Part shown: positions 1 to 13,345 of the stretch, one piece after another | Layout: each line of letters begins with the position of its first letter | How positions within the stretch are numbered: position 1 is the first letter of the stretch | DNA from: Lama glama | Taxonomy: Eukaryota | Assembly: GCA_028534125.1 (NCBI GenBank) | Contig: CM052816.1 | Span: 52,950,001 to 53,014,000 of the forward strand | DNA: 64,000 nt | Direction: 5' to 3' | Program-made: the position numbers and the translations under genes | The notes under the pieces: generated by a model | Seen by the model: the letters and a program-made list of their open reading frames with translations, nothing else | Database searches by the model: none | Told to the model about the DNA's origin: nothing

Positions 1-112
1 TTAAATAATTCACTCATTCAAATTTGCATTTCAGTAATCAGAACCAAGCCTAAAACCTGATACACTTGTCACAGAACCTCTCACATCAGTGTTAGGTTCT
101 TAAGAGATTTTG

Positions 113-328
113 TTTGTTTGTTTGTTTTTAAAATTGTAGAATAGATAAACAAGATTACACTGTATAGCACAGGGAAATATATACAAAATGTTATGATAAC
201 TCACAGAGAAAAAAATGTGACAATGAGTATGTATATGTCCATGAATGACTGAAAAATTGTGCTGAACACTGAAATTTGACACAACATTGTAAAATGATTA
301 TAAATCAATAAAAAATGTTAAAAAAAAA
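113..328 (+). mobile_element. 5'-truncated L1 3' end (camelid/artiodactyl type) with poly(A) and TSD
   Basis: Typical L1 3' UTR (ctgtatagcacagggaaatat...acaacattgtaaaatgattataaatcaataaaaa) plus A-tail; AAGAGATTTTG repeated at 102-112 and 329-339. Confidence 0.85.
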
Positions 329-809
329 AAGAGATTTTGGAAGTGGTCAGAGAAGACAATTGCTGAGCAGTGAAAAAGCAAAGGGACTGGTGTTAGGCCC
401 CATCTCGGGCAGCAGAATAGTTTCCTTTCTCTGCTTACCAGCATCAGGGCTGTCATAAATGACAGAGAGGGTAGGACAGTCAGGAAATGGATCTGTCATA
501 ATATCTACAGGAAATTAGGGGATAGAGAACTGTGCCCATGATTAGATAGTCAAATTTTATTTTGCAATACCAAATTTTATAACAGAATCAATACCTTTAT
601 TAAACTTGTACACCAAATCACAAAAGAAACATAACAATGTAGAAGAAAGATTCAGAAATGAAAGTGAGTAGGCACCAGAGATGCATCTTTTTTCCAAGTT
701 CGCCTAAGACCAGCTGTGTTCACTTTTAAACTTACTCACATCTTGCCCCTCCCTCACAACAGAAAAACATTTTTTTCCTTCCAGAGACACAAGATTACAG
801 GAGAGGGCA

Positions 810-1020
810 AAAGGTATGTGCTTTGGAGTTAGACAGACCATGATATGAGCCCCAGATCCTCATTTTTAAAATTATATGGACTTAAAAAAATTATGTGGCC
901 TTGGCACAAGTTTGTGTGTCAGTTTCCTCTGTAAAATGTGCATGAAAATAGTACTTGCCACATGGGACTGAAGATTAAATGAGGCAATATGGAAAAAGGT
1001 TTTAGTACAGTGAGTATCAC
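810..1020 (+). mobile_element. MIR SINE
   Basis: gctttggagttagacagacc...cagtttcctctgtaaaatg...gaagattaaatgag core. Confidence 0.7.
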
Positions 1021-1055
1021 ATTTTCAGTTCCAAATTAATCTTTGATATTATTCT

Positions 1056-1312
1056 TTTTTAAAAAAAAGTTTATTGAAGTAAAAGTTTACAATGCTGTGT
1101 TAATTTCTGGTGTACAACATAATGTTTCAGTTATACATATGTGTTCATATATTTGTTTTCATATTCTTTTCCATTATAGGTTACTACAAGATATTGAATA
1201 TAATTACCTATGCTATACAGTAGAAACTTGTTGTTTATTTTATATATAGCAGTTAGTATGTGCAAATCTCAAACTCCCAATTTATCTCTTCCCACCCCCT
1301 TTCTCTCCTTTA
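1056..1312 (-). mobile_element. L1 3' end fragment with TSD
   Basis: tttattgaagt...tacaatgctgtgttaatttctggtgtaca...ctatacagtag; GATATTATTCT at 1045-1055 and 1313-1323. Confidence 0.8.
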
Positions 1313-2114
1313 GATATTATTCTCATTCTGAAAATAGGATTCAAGAAGCAGGAGAGAAACTACCAGTGTGCTATACCTGCAACTGGTTGTCCGTGTCTCA
1401 TGACTGGTCCACTACGTTTATGGAAATATTGATGGTATACATTCAATTGTGTACATGTAAATTAGTGTAACTAAAGCATTTCACAGGGAACCTGATTGTG
1501 CCATTGAATTCTCTGTCCTTAATGCCTCAAAATCAGTGACTGGGTAGCTGGGCATGATGGTGTGGAATCCCTGAGGGAAACTCACTGCACATTTTGCTGT
1601 TATTACTTGATAAGTAAGTTCTTCAGAATTCTAAAACTGAGTTTTGCTTCTTTATGGCAGTATTTCATCTTGATAAGCTTGTGCATTGATAGTTGACTAC
1701 AGAATGGTTTTGTTAATCTTCCTTTTTTCTGGGAAAAATGACATGGGAAGTTAAGTGCCTGCAGGTTTACATCCCATATTGGGAAACTTGCCCTCAGGCA
1801 CCAAGAGATTTTGTAAAACAATCTTCAGCATTTGTTCAGCCAGCAGAGAAGAGGTAGGTTCCCTTCCCAGCTGACTCATTGTTCAGAATGGATTTCCTGC
1901 AGAATTCAACTCACTCAGCATATTTGGAACTATTGGCCAGAGATCAAGATGACAGCCCCAGGGATTCCTTCCTGGGACATTTATCAAGGAAAACTCAGCC
2001 CCTTAGATAGAACAGCAGGTTGGTTTTCAACTAGTCATCAGCTCCCGTTGAGCTAGGAAACTACCATTTACTTTATAATTTAGAGTACTTAAAAGAAATG
2101 TACTATAATAAAAA

Positions 2115-2355
2115 TAACTAACATTTATATAACACTTACTAGGCGCCGCAGTTCTGGATGTTTTATTTTAATTAACTCATTTAATCTTAACAACAACCCT
2201 ATGAAGCAAGCACTGCTATAATTATCATCCCTATTTTACAGATAAGGAAACTGAAGGACAATAGGGTTCAATAACTTGCCCAAGATGACACAGCATGTAA
2301 GAAGCAGAGCCTGAGATCAAACCTAGGCAGTCTGGCACCGGAGTCTGTGCCTTTA
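2115..2355 (-). mobile_element. MIR SINE
   Basis: catttaatcttaacaacaaccctatgaag...ttttacagataaggaaactga...acttgcccaag. Confidence 0.8.
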
Positions 2356-4432
2356 CTTTCCTCTTCCACCTGCCTGCAAGGTAGGGGTACCTTTTTATTT
2401 TTGACCAATTTTTTCAATGGAGATGCAAATATGTAGTTTTAAAAGTCTATTTAATCAAAACAATTTACAATAATTGATTTTGATACTAAGCAATTTGCAC
2501 TCTTAAGAACTTTTATGATTAGTTCCTTCCAAAAATGATTATAGAATTATAATATGTTTTATTTTGTAGATAAAGACTGAGACAGACAATAGGAAGTACA
2601 TTCCTACCTTCCTTCTCTTCCTGTTGTACTCCTATTCATCCCTCAAAACCCAGGGGTTCATTACTTCTTTCTCTGCTACTCCTACAACTATATACATATG
2701 TACAATTGCATTCATTGCATTGCATGGTGATTATTTGCGTGTTTCACTTATGATCCCTGCTTAACAGGACTGGATCTGTATTTTTCTTCACATTTGCATT
2801 TGTGCAATAAAGTCAGCAGACAACAAAGGCTTACTGAACTGTATTTGAAGAAAAATGCTTAAATTTAAATAGATTTCTTTTATTAAAAGTGTCCTTTTTC
2901 AGCTGATGAAGCAGATTTAATATCAGAGAAAGTTTGGAGATACATGATTACTGATAGCTACTCTTAAAAAATTTTTTCTTATTTGAAATACTGGGTGTGA
3001 AAAAAATGGAATAACTTAACTGCATTCATTCTAAAGAACTGTAGTCTTTACATCATGGAGTGCTTGTAACCCATTCTCCCAACATTTATAACTATGTGGC
3101 TATTCATATTTATCTACCATTTATTCTTAAATCTTTTGGGGTCAAAGTCATTGTGATTAGATTTTTTCTTACTATTTCACTATTGTATCTCAAGTATTAC
3201 ATCTAATTATATATTATATAATTATATATATAATACTTAGGTATTATAATTAGAAAATGGATCCTTGCTTTTTCATATGTTTTCTACATGCTGTCACTTA
3301 CCATGATTCTATGAAGCAAATGTCACTGTATACAGTATAAATTGTTTTGCAAATATACAAACACCAGATTTTAGCTGAAAAAAACGAAGAGCATGGTATT
3401 GCAGGTCAATCATACACAAACACATTTATGTTACAGCTTAATTTTCACCTATTTTTACAAGAATAAAAGCAAAGTAATTATATTACTTAATCTTTGATTA
3501 AAATTAGTTGAAAACCAATATAGCTCTAACATGTTCTGTTGTAACTCACCTAGTGGTCAATCTTACCAGCTTTTTAAACTCCTCAATTAATGTAATTTCT
3601 ACTGTTAAACATATTATTTGTTTAAAATTAAAGCAAAACTTAAGTGTATGCTATCTTCTGACTGGTTTCTTAAGTTTATTATAGTTTTTTTATTAAAGTT
3701 TGGAATTTGCTTATGACCTTCTAAGATGATTAAATGTGATTTCATATGTTTAAATTACAAACATATTGGTATTTACAGTATTTTTATTATAAGCAGTATG
3801 GATCCTGGACCTCAGATTTCCTAAGGAGTTTTTAGGAACTTGTGATAAATATTTAATAGAGGATGTGAGCTTTCTTTTTTTATTTTAATCTTTATTGTTT
3901 TAGAAAGGGATATTATTTAATTCATTTGTATTTCCTCTATATTCTCATATGATAATGCCAGAGGGGACAGAGGGAGCTTGTGGAACCTAACTTCCAAATT
4001 CCAAAAGGCTTTTTACATTGATAATGTTTGCTTATAATGGAAGTGTATTGAAGAAGCTGAAACAATTAGACAGTCATAGGATACCAAAAGAATGATTTCC
4101 TCTCTTACCCTATGTTTGCAACTCGTTTTGAAGAGTTCTAAGGGCCAGTCTAGAACCAAACTATTTTTGCAAATGTGGTATTGAATGATTTTTTTCCTTC
4201 ATGTGCATCCTTTGATGTGTAAAAGGAAGCCATAATTTTTGTGAAATCATCATTTAAAAAAAGACATTTTGTCTTTAAATGTCTGGCTTACCCAATTTTA
4301 AAGCAATAATGGAAAAAATTTTAAATCGCCTACAACCCCGCCAACTTCACAAGTTGAGATTTTCTTATTTCATTTGTTTGTATCAGATTTGTTTCATGTA
4401 TTGCTAAATAGCCTGTAACATGAGAATTTTAA

Positions 4433-4521
4433 AAAAACTTTATTAATGAAAGTACCGAGAATTGAACCCAGGACCTCATGCATGCTAAGCATTTGCTCTA
4501 CCATCGAGCTATACCCTCCCC
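4433..4521 (-). mobile_element. tRNA-Ala-derived SINE (Vic-1-like, camelid), short form
   Basis: Reverse complement reads GGGGAGGGTATAGCTCGATGGTAGAGCAAATGCTTAGCATGCATGAGGTCCTGGGTTCAATTCTCGGTAC (A box, AGC anticodon remnant, B box); 20-bp TSD CTGTAACATGAGAATTTTAA at 4413-4432 and 4523-4542. Confidence 0.9.
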
Positions 4522-5419
4522 TCTGTAACATGAGAATTTTAAGAACATAGTTTTCTCTATGTTCAGCCATCAACTGGGCATTTTAACAGATTTGGGGAGG
4601 GACAAATAAAGGAAAAGGGATCATTCATCTCTGAAATGGCTGAATCTTTTAAGTATCTCCCTTCACAAACAGTCCACACTCTTATTGCTTTGCTCCCAAT
4701 GGCAAGCAGCAAAGCTAACTTTGGTCATTACCAGAATTTTCTTTTGCACAAATCCAAGTTGACCTTGTTCAACTTATGTTCAAGGCATTTTTGTTGATTT
4801 CTCTCTGGGGCTTAGTTTAGAGTGCATTCAACAAACATGTGGACCTTTGATTTATTGGTCACAAACAAAAGCTAAAAATCTTATAAGAGGATAAAACTCA
4901 TCTTTGTTTCAGCTTATGTTAGCAGGAAAAGTTGTTTTAGCTCCATGGAGACTCTGAACCTTATTTTGAACTTATTGCCTGGTGCCTTAGAGCAGTGAGA
5001 TCAATATTTTGAGGCATTTTTTTCAAGCTCCACAATTCCAAATTGTCCTCAGCAAGTTGAACTAACTCTATTTGGCTTTAGCAATTCAAACCTTCAATAT
5101 ATCTTTCAATATATGATTGAATGTCAATCATATCTGCTGATAAATGCATTTAGGTTTTGTTTGAAGCCTAGGTGTTTTATTCATGTGTAAAAGCCTTGAC
5201 TTTTTATGCTCATGAAAAGAGTATAAGCTCATTATTTTAAAAAATCCAAACATTACAAAATTATTGTAGAAAGTTAAGCTTTTGTGATATGGAGAGCCAT
5301 TATTAATAGAGGAGTAGCAATATTTTGCAAGAATATTTTCCTGCTTAGTAGCATGCATTACTATATAGAGTCTTTTTTCAGTAATTCCTTGACAATTATT
5401 TAGCTCCTAGAAACATATA

Positions 5420-5690
5420 AATCATACAATACATACTGCTTTGCACGTCATGTTTCTCATTAATATCTCTTAGGTATCTTTCCATGTTAGTACTTGTAAA
5501 GTCTACTGCATTCTTTTCTTTGGCTATATAGCAGTCCATGATACAAATGTACCATAATTTATTTAAATAAATAAATAATCATGGACACATGGGTTGTTTC
5601 CAGGTTGGATTTGTTGGTTTGTTTTTGTTTTTGTTTTGCCATACCAATGTTGCAGTGAATATCCTTTTAAAACTACCTATATACATTTGG
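5420..5690 (-). mobile_element. Old L1M fragment
   Basis: atctttccatgttagtac...gtaccataatttattt...atggacacatgggttgtttccag...gcagtgaatatcctt. Confidence 0.65.
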
Positions 5691-8119
5691 AACACAATAT
5701 TTTAAAGCATTAAAAAGAGGTAATGGAATAATACTGTTTTAATGTATGTATTTCATTCTTGTTAGCACTCCAGATTATTGTTGCCAGCATACCAAACTAG
5801 TAACAAATAACATTTCAAAAATGTAATTCAATACCTTTACTTCTAAAGAATAGGTACATTTTCCTAGAACTTGAAAATATTGACTTACAAGTGACCTTCC
5901 AACACATTCTTTTATGATTCATTGAATAATACTAATAATGATTCCTTGACCATTATATAACTCTTCGGTTTACAAAGCATCTTCACGTAATTATCTCATC
6001 TGACTTCACATCAATGTGATGATCAATGTGATGTATGCAGCACTGGTTTATAGGGAAAAAGGGTGCTGACTCGGAAATTCTCTCTGCCTGAAATAGTTAT
6101 ATAGAGCATAAGTCCTTTGTTCTGCTAACTCAAGGAGTAAGGCCACTGTCATGATAAGAGTGTTATACCATACTGTTACCTTAATGTGAAAAAAACACTT
6201 ATGAATCACTTCAATAACTGGTGTTGCTAATTTACTATCCAGTTTTCAAGCGTTTTTATTTAATTGTCTGATATCCAGAGGTTAGACTCACCAGGCATTT
6301 ATTAGCTAAGTGCTCCAATAATTGCTACTCTAGAACCAAGTATTTCAAAGACATTTATGCAGCAGTTGTTAATGATGGATGAGTTTCAGCACCACTTTAC
6401 CTCATTTGGAGTTGGGAGAACTGCGAGTAAAGGCAGAACAGAAAAGTCCAAAGAGTGCAGCACCCAACAGAACAGTGCTTGCTAAAGCCTTGGAAATTCC
6501 TCTCTCCACCTGTTACTATTTTTGTATTCTTATGACCCTTCCTTTACTCGGCGCCTGTCATGGTGGGGCTGGCAATAAGTGGTGAAGCTTCGTTTCTCAC
6601 ACTCCTGGTAGGAAGCAGGCTCCTGTGCAGGGAAAGGAAATCTTTCTATGTTGCCTCCTGCTTTGGGAAAGGAAGCAACTTGAATGACTATTGTTGCAGT
6701 AGCTGCAAATCTATGTTGCCTCATGAGTGGCTCTATCCCCACCCTCAGTTTAGTTGAGAATGTACTTCTGAACTTCCCCTCTTCCTACATCTACTGTAAA
6801 ATGCACAAGACCTCAAAATCAGCTTCCAGATCTGGAATCTTACCAATTCAAGCCCCTCTTGCTGAATACGATAGCATTTCTAACCAACCATGATTCTACA
6901 GAGTGGCTACATCAATACTGAAAAGCAAAGTACACTACTTAAAGACCAACACGTTGCTGATAATACTTTGAAATTCTGGCGTTCTGTTCTTTCCCATCAG
7001 CACAATTACAGAAAGCTGATTTGCCCCTCATTCCATCTGTCCAATATGACTTTGTACTTCTCAAAGTATACTTGACTGTCAAATCAAGCTGGTCTTTTCA
7101 TTGTCCTATGTGTAATACCTACCTCTTTGCCACCTTTCTTCCTAACCTTATATTTTTCTCTTTCCTACCAGTCCTTCTCCTCTCTTGTCTAACTGAATTC
7201 TTAACAAGTTTGAGAACCAGCCCCCACGTCCTGATAAAGCCTTTCCTGCTATGACAGAGAACCCACTGACATCTGTACACAGGCAGAGAAACTCAACACC
7301 TTTCTGCACATTCTGTCTTTCCCCTCCCAACCTGTGGTTGAAATATCAAACTTGTACTCCTGACATTCAAGCTCTTAAAATAGTGTCTTGTTTATTGAAT
7401 TGCAATAATCACATTAGGCACCAGAATGTAGTGTATGCCTCTCCGATTCTCCCACCCCTGGGGCCTTCTCTCTGAACCAAGTAGGGAGCAAGGTTGAGTT
7501 TTAGTGTACATCTCTGGACCTATCAGAGGACCCCCATTGAAGTTCCAGAGTCAGCAACAGTTGGTCAGTTTCTTACTCACACAGTGTATGGGAATGATGG
7601 ATGGTTTCAAGCTGATCAAAGGCAAATGCCCTACCTTTCTTCTTATTTGGCTAACAAATTCCCCTTACATACACAAGAATGACCTCTTGACCCTCATGGT
7701 GTTTGTACAGCAGGTACCTTTGGACACATTTCACTCACTCAGGATATTTCCAACATGAGTGAGATTCCATGGTGGTTAAAATTTCACTAATACTCTCTTA
7801 TTCAGAATAATATATTTTATAAGCCTAATAAATAAAAATGTTTCCAATTCAGAAAATTAAAAAATATAAGGAGTATGGACTATCTGGAGGGTGAGAATTT
7901 CCTATGATAATTTTATCTCATGTCTTCCTGACCAGTCCTATGAACTACCTAATTTAAGACTTAAAGTCCTGTGTTACATGTGAATTGTTTAATATATTGA
8001 CCATGGACTTTTAAACTAGATTATAAACGTCTCAGGGACAAGACTCATGATCCTGAGTGTATTAAGATGTTCAATACATACTCACTGATTGAAATCAATG
8101 TCATCTTTAGATTGAAGTG

Positions 8120-8208
8120 CTTAAATTCCAGTCCAACGGGTTTTAGTTAAGAGATAGTCAATCATAAACCTAATTACCACCCCCCCAAATAAATAAAATA
8201 AAATATAG
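8120..8208 (+). mobile_element. Vic-1-like SINE 3' fragment
   Basis: ataaacctaattaccacccccccaaataaataaaat tail matches the tail of the SINE at 27008-27145. Confidence 0.55.
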
Positions 8209-8214
8209 GAAAAA

Positions 8215-8415
8215 AATGAGGGCAGGGGTACAAGGGGGGGCTGGATGGAGGAATTACAAAGTGGCATGAGGAAACATTTAAAGGTGCTGAATATATTCAT
8301 TATCTTGACTTTGGTAATGCTTTCACAGGTGTCTACATATTTCAAAACTTACATTGTATACTTCAAATTATGAGCAGTTTATTGTGTGTCAATAATATCT
8401 CAAAAAAAAAAGCTG
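8215..8415 (+). mobile_element. Old L1 (L1MC/L1ME-like) 3' end
   Basis: ggcatgaggaaacattt...ttcattatcttgact...ttcacaggtgt...tttattgtgtgtcaataatatctcaaaaaa. Confidence 0.7.
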
Positions 8416-9639
8416 GGGTTCTAGGGGAGAAACAAAATTCACTCTAGGTGGTACAAATGAAAACAGTTTCATGAAAAGACTACTCAGAGATATACAGGCA
8501 AGGTGAAGAAAAGAGACAAAGTAGGGTGATGCAGCCAGCAATCAGCTACAGAGGGAGGGCCATTTTTCCCCTGGGGATGAAGGAACAAACAAAATAGAGT
8601 TAGCAGAACCCAGTGAGAGCTGGAGCTGGGGAAAAAAAAAAAAAAGATTGATCTGGCAGAAAAATGTGGTTGAAGAGTCACGAGCAAGAGCTGAAATATC
8701 CTAGTAGGGGGCAGGGGAAAAATACCCAACTTTCCACCCTCAGATCTCCTTTGTGTTCCAGCTCACAGGGAGTCATGGAGTCAGCAAATTTCAGTCTTCT
8801 GAGGCATGAAAGCAGGGCAGAGAAGGGTGGAGAAAGATTGCGGTGGAGAGAACTTGGGCAGGATTGAAGGGGTGGGAAGGGAGGCACACAAAATAACCAG
8901 CAGGGAAGGCTACTCCATTATAAATGGAAACAAGAAAAGGTTGAATTATTAGGTACAGAATAAGAGAAGCCTAGAAATCAAAAAAATTATCTGGCAAAAA
9001 CTAAGTCTGACTTAACTAAATTTAAGCCCTGACTCTGTTCATTTTCTTCATGAGATCACTCTGAATACAATCTGAGTAAAGAGAATAAATACTCTGTTAC
9101 ATTGAAACTTCCAATTATTGCAGTTTACAGTCAAGCAGTGAACATGTATAGCCATCATTCAGAGCAATGAATAAAATTCATTTGCAAATATAACTGCCAT
9201 CACACTCAACAGTGGGATCTGTACTGCTTAATGAGCCCTTTGATGGTTTGTTTTGTTCTGTTTTGTTTTTGGGGGGTTTTTGGCTATGATGTAAAATAAT
9301 AGAACACATACATTCCTCCTGTGTGGAGAAACTGTTATGAATAATATCAAACTGTTCTCTTTAAATTCAAAAGAGAAGCACATTTTAACATTTTAAACTT
9401 TTGTTTGGTGCCTACCCATGACCATGTAAGATTAGTTAATATTTACATTAATAGAATGACAGAACATTAAGGGTCGTGTAATCTGCCATCACATTTAACA
9501 GATAAAGAAACAGGCTCCCACAAGTCACCTGCCCTTGGTCAAATAAATGGTTGTGGCAAAATCAGCCCTGGATGCAGACTGTCAACATCCAAATCTGGCC
9601 ACTCTGGTTCTAGAAATGCTTGATTTAGTGCCAATTAAA

Positions 9640-9870
9640 TGGCAAATAGAGGTTAAGGGCAGAAGTTTGGAATTAGGCAGATTAGTGTTCAAATTCAGCT
9701 GGTCCATAGGCAAACAAAAAATAAATTCCTGCAGAGCTTCCATTTCCTCTTCTATAAAGCTGGGGTAAATACCCACCTCATCAGAGTTGTGGGTTGACTA
9801 AAAAAATACACTTAACATATTTAGCACAATGGTTGGCAATAGCAGAGGTCCAATAAATAAAAGCTATTAT
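9640..9870 (+). mobile_element. MIR SINE
   Basis: tttggaattaggcaga...catttcctcttctataaagctgggg...ttagcacaatggttggca. Confidence 0.6.
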
Positions 9871-10559
9871 AGAGTAGTTTTCTTTGAAAATCAACCAATA
9901 ATTTAGTTATTGATGATGGTCAATAAGAATTTGAGAAACAATATGCAGGGAACTCTAAAGACTAAGAAAAGAACCTTTAAGTAAATCAGAAGAGGTAAGC
10001 AGAGAATAAAGGAAATTACTTAATTGGTGGGGAAAGGAATACAACAGACAGTCCTAACAGTAAATGAATTGATTTTATGTTTTTCTCCTCCATCTTTACT
10101 AAGGAAACATTACCAAGAGTCCTACTTTTCAATTTTTTTTTGATTAATTAGGCTTTATTTTTCAGAGTAGTTTATCCTTTGATTCACAGAGCTTAACACT
10201 ACTGGACCCATTGAAATGCTGAAAATAATTGAAAAGCATAAAGCACTGTACTAGATGCAAGGTGGTATTATTCTCATGAATGAGTACTGAGAAGTGCCCA
10301 AGACCTAGTTAACACGCCGGAAAGAGATGAATCGACAGAACTTGATCTATGTAGGTTTTAAAGAACATCAAGTGTAAAATGGTGCAGCTGCTGGCAAGTT
10401 GTGTACCCTGTTATGGCAAACTTTCCCAGGGACTGATGGATTGCCTATCTGAATTCTATCTAAATGAAGAATTGCAGGCATAGCTGTGGAAACTTACAGA
10501 TAGTGAGTATCACACTGTACTGGATAAACCAGTTAAATATGTAATTAAATCGTAGGACC

Positions 10560-11110
10560 ATTGGAAAAAATGTATAAAAACCTACTGGGGAAAAGGCATC
10601 ATAGCTTGTAAGGGAAATTCAAATCGAAATATTATGAAGTCTTTAGAGAAATAAAGACTGTAGTGTCAAAGGGAAAACTAATGGGTAAAATTTATACGTG
10701 TAAGACTTCTCCAAAATCCTTATATGAAAAGGCATTTCCTACTATTTAGTAAGAAATTTTGATGAGGTCATCATTGGATTGGCAATACTTAAAAATAAAT
10801 AAATAAATAAGGATAGGAACCTGACTTAAAATGAGGAAACAGAGTATACAAATCAGTAAGCATGTCTTAATTTGGAGAAGCATAAACAGCAGCGTCTCAG
10901 AGATCCTTCCGCGCTGAGACAAATATATTTAAAATCTGTATAAGTAATCTGGAAGACATAATATCGGGTTCATAGGTGATATTGAGTTCCTCCAAGTATA
11001 TCCATAATAGCAATGGGAGAAATGATAGGAAAAATCTGAGAGTTGGGTAAGTAGGCAGAAAGGTAGCAGCTCTCATTCCTCTACACTTAATGCCCAGAAG
11101 TGTTGATCCT
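10560..11110 (+). mobile_element. Ancient CR1/L3 LINE reverse-transcriptase remnant
   Basis: Translation across frameshifts gives RKQSIQISKHVLIWRSINSSVS, then IFKICISNLED, then IGFIGDIEF; these are collinear with CR1 RT motifs RKQRV...W..V.SGVPQG / LFNIFINDL / KFADD. Confidence 0.65.
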
Positions 11111-11994
11111 CTTTCTAGATGAGAGGGTCCCGCGGAGATGCTGTTGGTTAAGGGAATGCCGTGGACTGGAGGAAAGTTCCGTGGAGCTGAAGCCTCAGTG
11201 TGCACTCCAAAGGAGGTTCTGGATGAAGGATAGAGGTGGACCAGTTTCTCTCTGGGTCCAAACTGTGGGAGGTTCTGTCTTTCAGAGAAGCCTGGAAGGA
11301 GTGGGAGGGGCAGAAAAATTATGAAGAGAAGAATTATTATTTAAGGAAAAATGTTTTGTGGAGGTTTAGCTAAAAATTGTAGTAGGTACCCTCATGTACT
11401 CTTAAGGGCTCAGTTAATTCACGGGGCGAGCTTTGAGGCCAACTTTGAGGATCTCCAAAGGCCTTTAAAGGGTGATATGAGCCTTTGTCCAAGGATAGGC
11501 GTTCTTTAAAGATGAGGAGTTGACTCTAGCACCTATGTAATAAATCCACGCTCAATGATAATCTGCAGTCTAGTTCAGAGATGGAAGAGACCACAATGCA
11601 GTGATTCAGAAGGATTCAGAGACTACTGGTCATGAAGTAGAAAAGATTTTGTATTTGAATGCTAGATTCTCTGTTTTTGCTTTCCTTTTACACTTGATAA
11701 GATCACAGAGTTGGTATGGTATGCCTCTGTGTAAAACTCTCAAAGGTTTTGGATGCTTTAAAGCAAAGGATTGCATTTTAGAAACAACTTTGAAGTCCAT
11801 TTCTCTAATTCTTACATAGTCTAATATTGCTTTTCCATTTGCATAGTGACTCTTATACAGCTGATTATAAAAGGAGGAGGAAGAATACAATTAATTTTTA
11901 TGTCAGTAAAAGTAACAAAAAACTGATAGTTGCCTTTCATATATAAAGATTGCATTTGCTAAGCATTTGCAATGTACCAGGATTTTATACTTTG

Positions 11995-12152
11995 TTTAAT
12001 TATTACGGCAAGCCCTTCAGGTACTATTATTATTCACCCTTTAGAGACAGGGAAACTGAGGCTCAGAGTATTCAATAACTTACCCAGTACTACCTGGCAG
12101 GGCCAAGAGGACTCAAAGTCAAAGTCTGTCTGATTCCAAAGTCTATGTTCTT
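11995..12152 (-). mobile_element. MIR SINE
   Basis: ggtactattattattcaccctttagagacagggaaactgaggctcagag...tctgattccaaag. Confidence 0.75.
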
Positions 12153-12154
12153 AA

Positions 12155-12192
<38 letters not shown>
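12155..12192 (+). repeat. (TATC)n microsatellite
   Basis: About 9 perfect TATC units. Confidence 0.95.
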
Positions 12193-13169
12193 AACTTGCT
12201 GATGTTCTTTAAGTTCATGTATGTATTTGATTGTAGTTGGTATAAAAACAACAAAAGGAAATTTCATTAAAATACTTGCTCATCTTTAATATCTTTCATC
12301 TCTACTTTAAAAGTCTTTTCATTTTATTCGACATGCAGCTTACCCTATTAGTAGAGCATCCACCATTACAGATTATAGAAACTATTTTTCAACAGGGACA
12401 CGCCACTGGATGTTATGACTATTCATGTGCTGGTTCTAATGCTTTCAAACAGATTTGTTTTGTGGTGCTCACTCTATTGCATTTTTTGAATAGGTTGTAA
12501 ATCTTGTTAAAACCAATAAAAATATAATTTAAGAATGTTTCAAAAGCAATCTCTCATGTCACTAGAATTTCAAACGTTTTCTGTTTCTACTTTCTTCTAT
12601 GTGTAGTGCAAAAATGATTCTAAAAGTAACTTTATTGTTAGGTATAATTTTTTTCTAATTACAAAAAGTAACACATGATGACTCGACAATTTAGAATATG
12701 TAAAAAGGTATAAAGGGAAAAAAGTATCCAAAATTCCAGTATTCAGAGGTAAAATATGATAAATATTCTAATGTACTTCCTTTGACAACAAAAAATTCCT
12801 ATGACAACAAAATATTAACTGTGGATTATTTTGGAGGATGGTTGAAGAATTTCAAGTAATTTAAAATTATATACATGTACATTTTAAATATATATCTATT
12901 TTATATATGTATATATTCATTTAAGATATTCATCTAAGTTTTCAAATACTTTCTCTAAAGTTAATTCCATTTCTCTGTAGGGTGACTATGAGATGTTATG
13001 ATGATAACCAAAATTTTGGCCAATTTGTCTAGATGAGAATTGAGAAAAATTAATGTGACTTATGTATAACAGAATATTTGAATTTTTGCATGTTTTAATT
13101 TTTTTCTGTTTACAAAGATAATATGTGATCATTATATACAAATCAAATAACACATAAAAGCATTAAAAA

Positions 13170-13345
13170 TAGCTAACATTTGTGGAGTGCTTTCTACATG
13201 CCAGGCATTGTTCTAAGGATTTTGTTTCTATTCATTCATTTAATCCTCACAAGAATTTTATGAAGTAGGGACATTATTTTATTATTTTTTATTTTACAAA
13301 TGAGAAAACTTAGGAATCAAGAGGCTAAATAATTTGCTTGAAGTC
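13170..13345 (-). mobile_element. MIR SINE
   Basis: tgccaggcattgttctaag...catttaatcctcacaa...attttacaaatgagaaaact. Confidence 0.8.

Noticed and set aside
4445..4521. Possible tRNA-Ala(AGC) gene (also 27070-27145)
   Set aside because: Stems are mismatched and the elements have SINE tails and/or a TSD; they are tRNA-derived SINEs
7494..7682. ORF containing PIEVPESATVGQFL, reminiscent of a cadherin repeat
   Set aside because: Non-ATG start, no DxD/DxNDN calcium motifs, no neighbouring exons; probably chance
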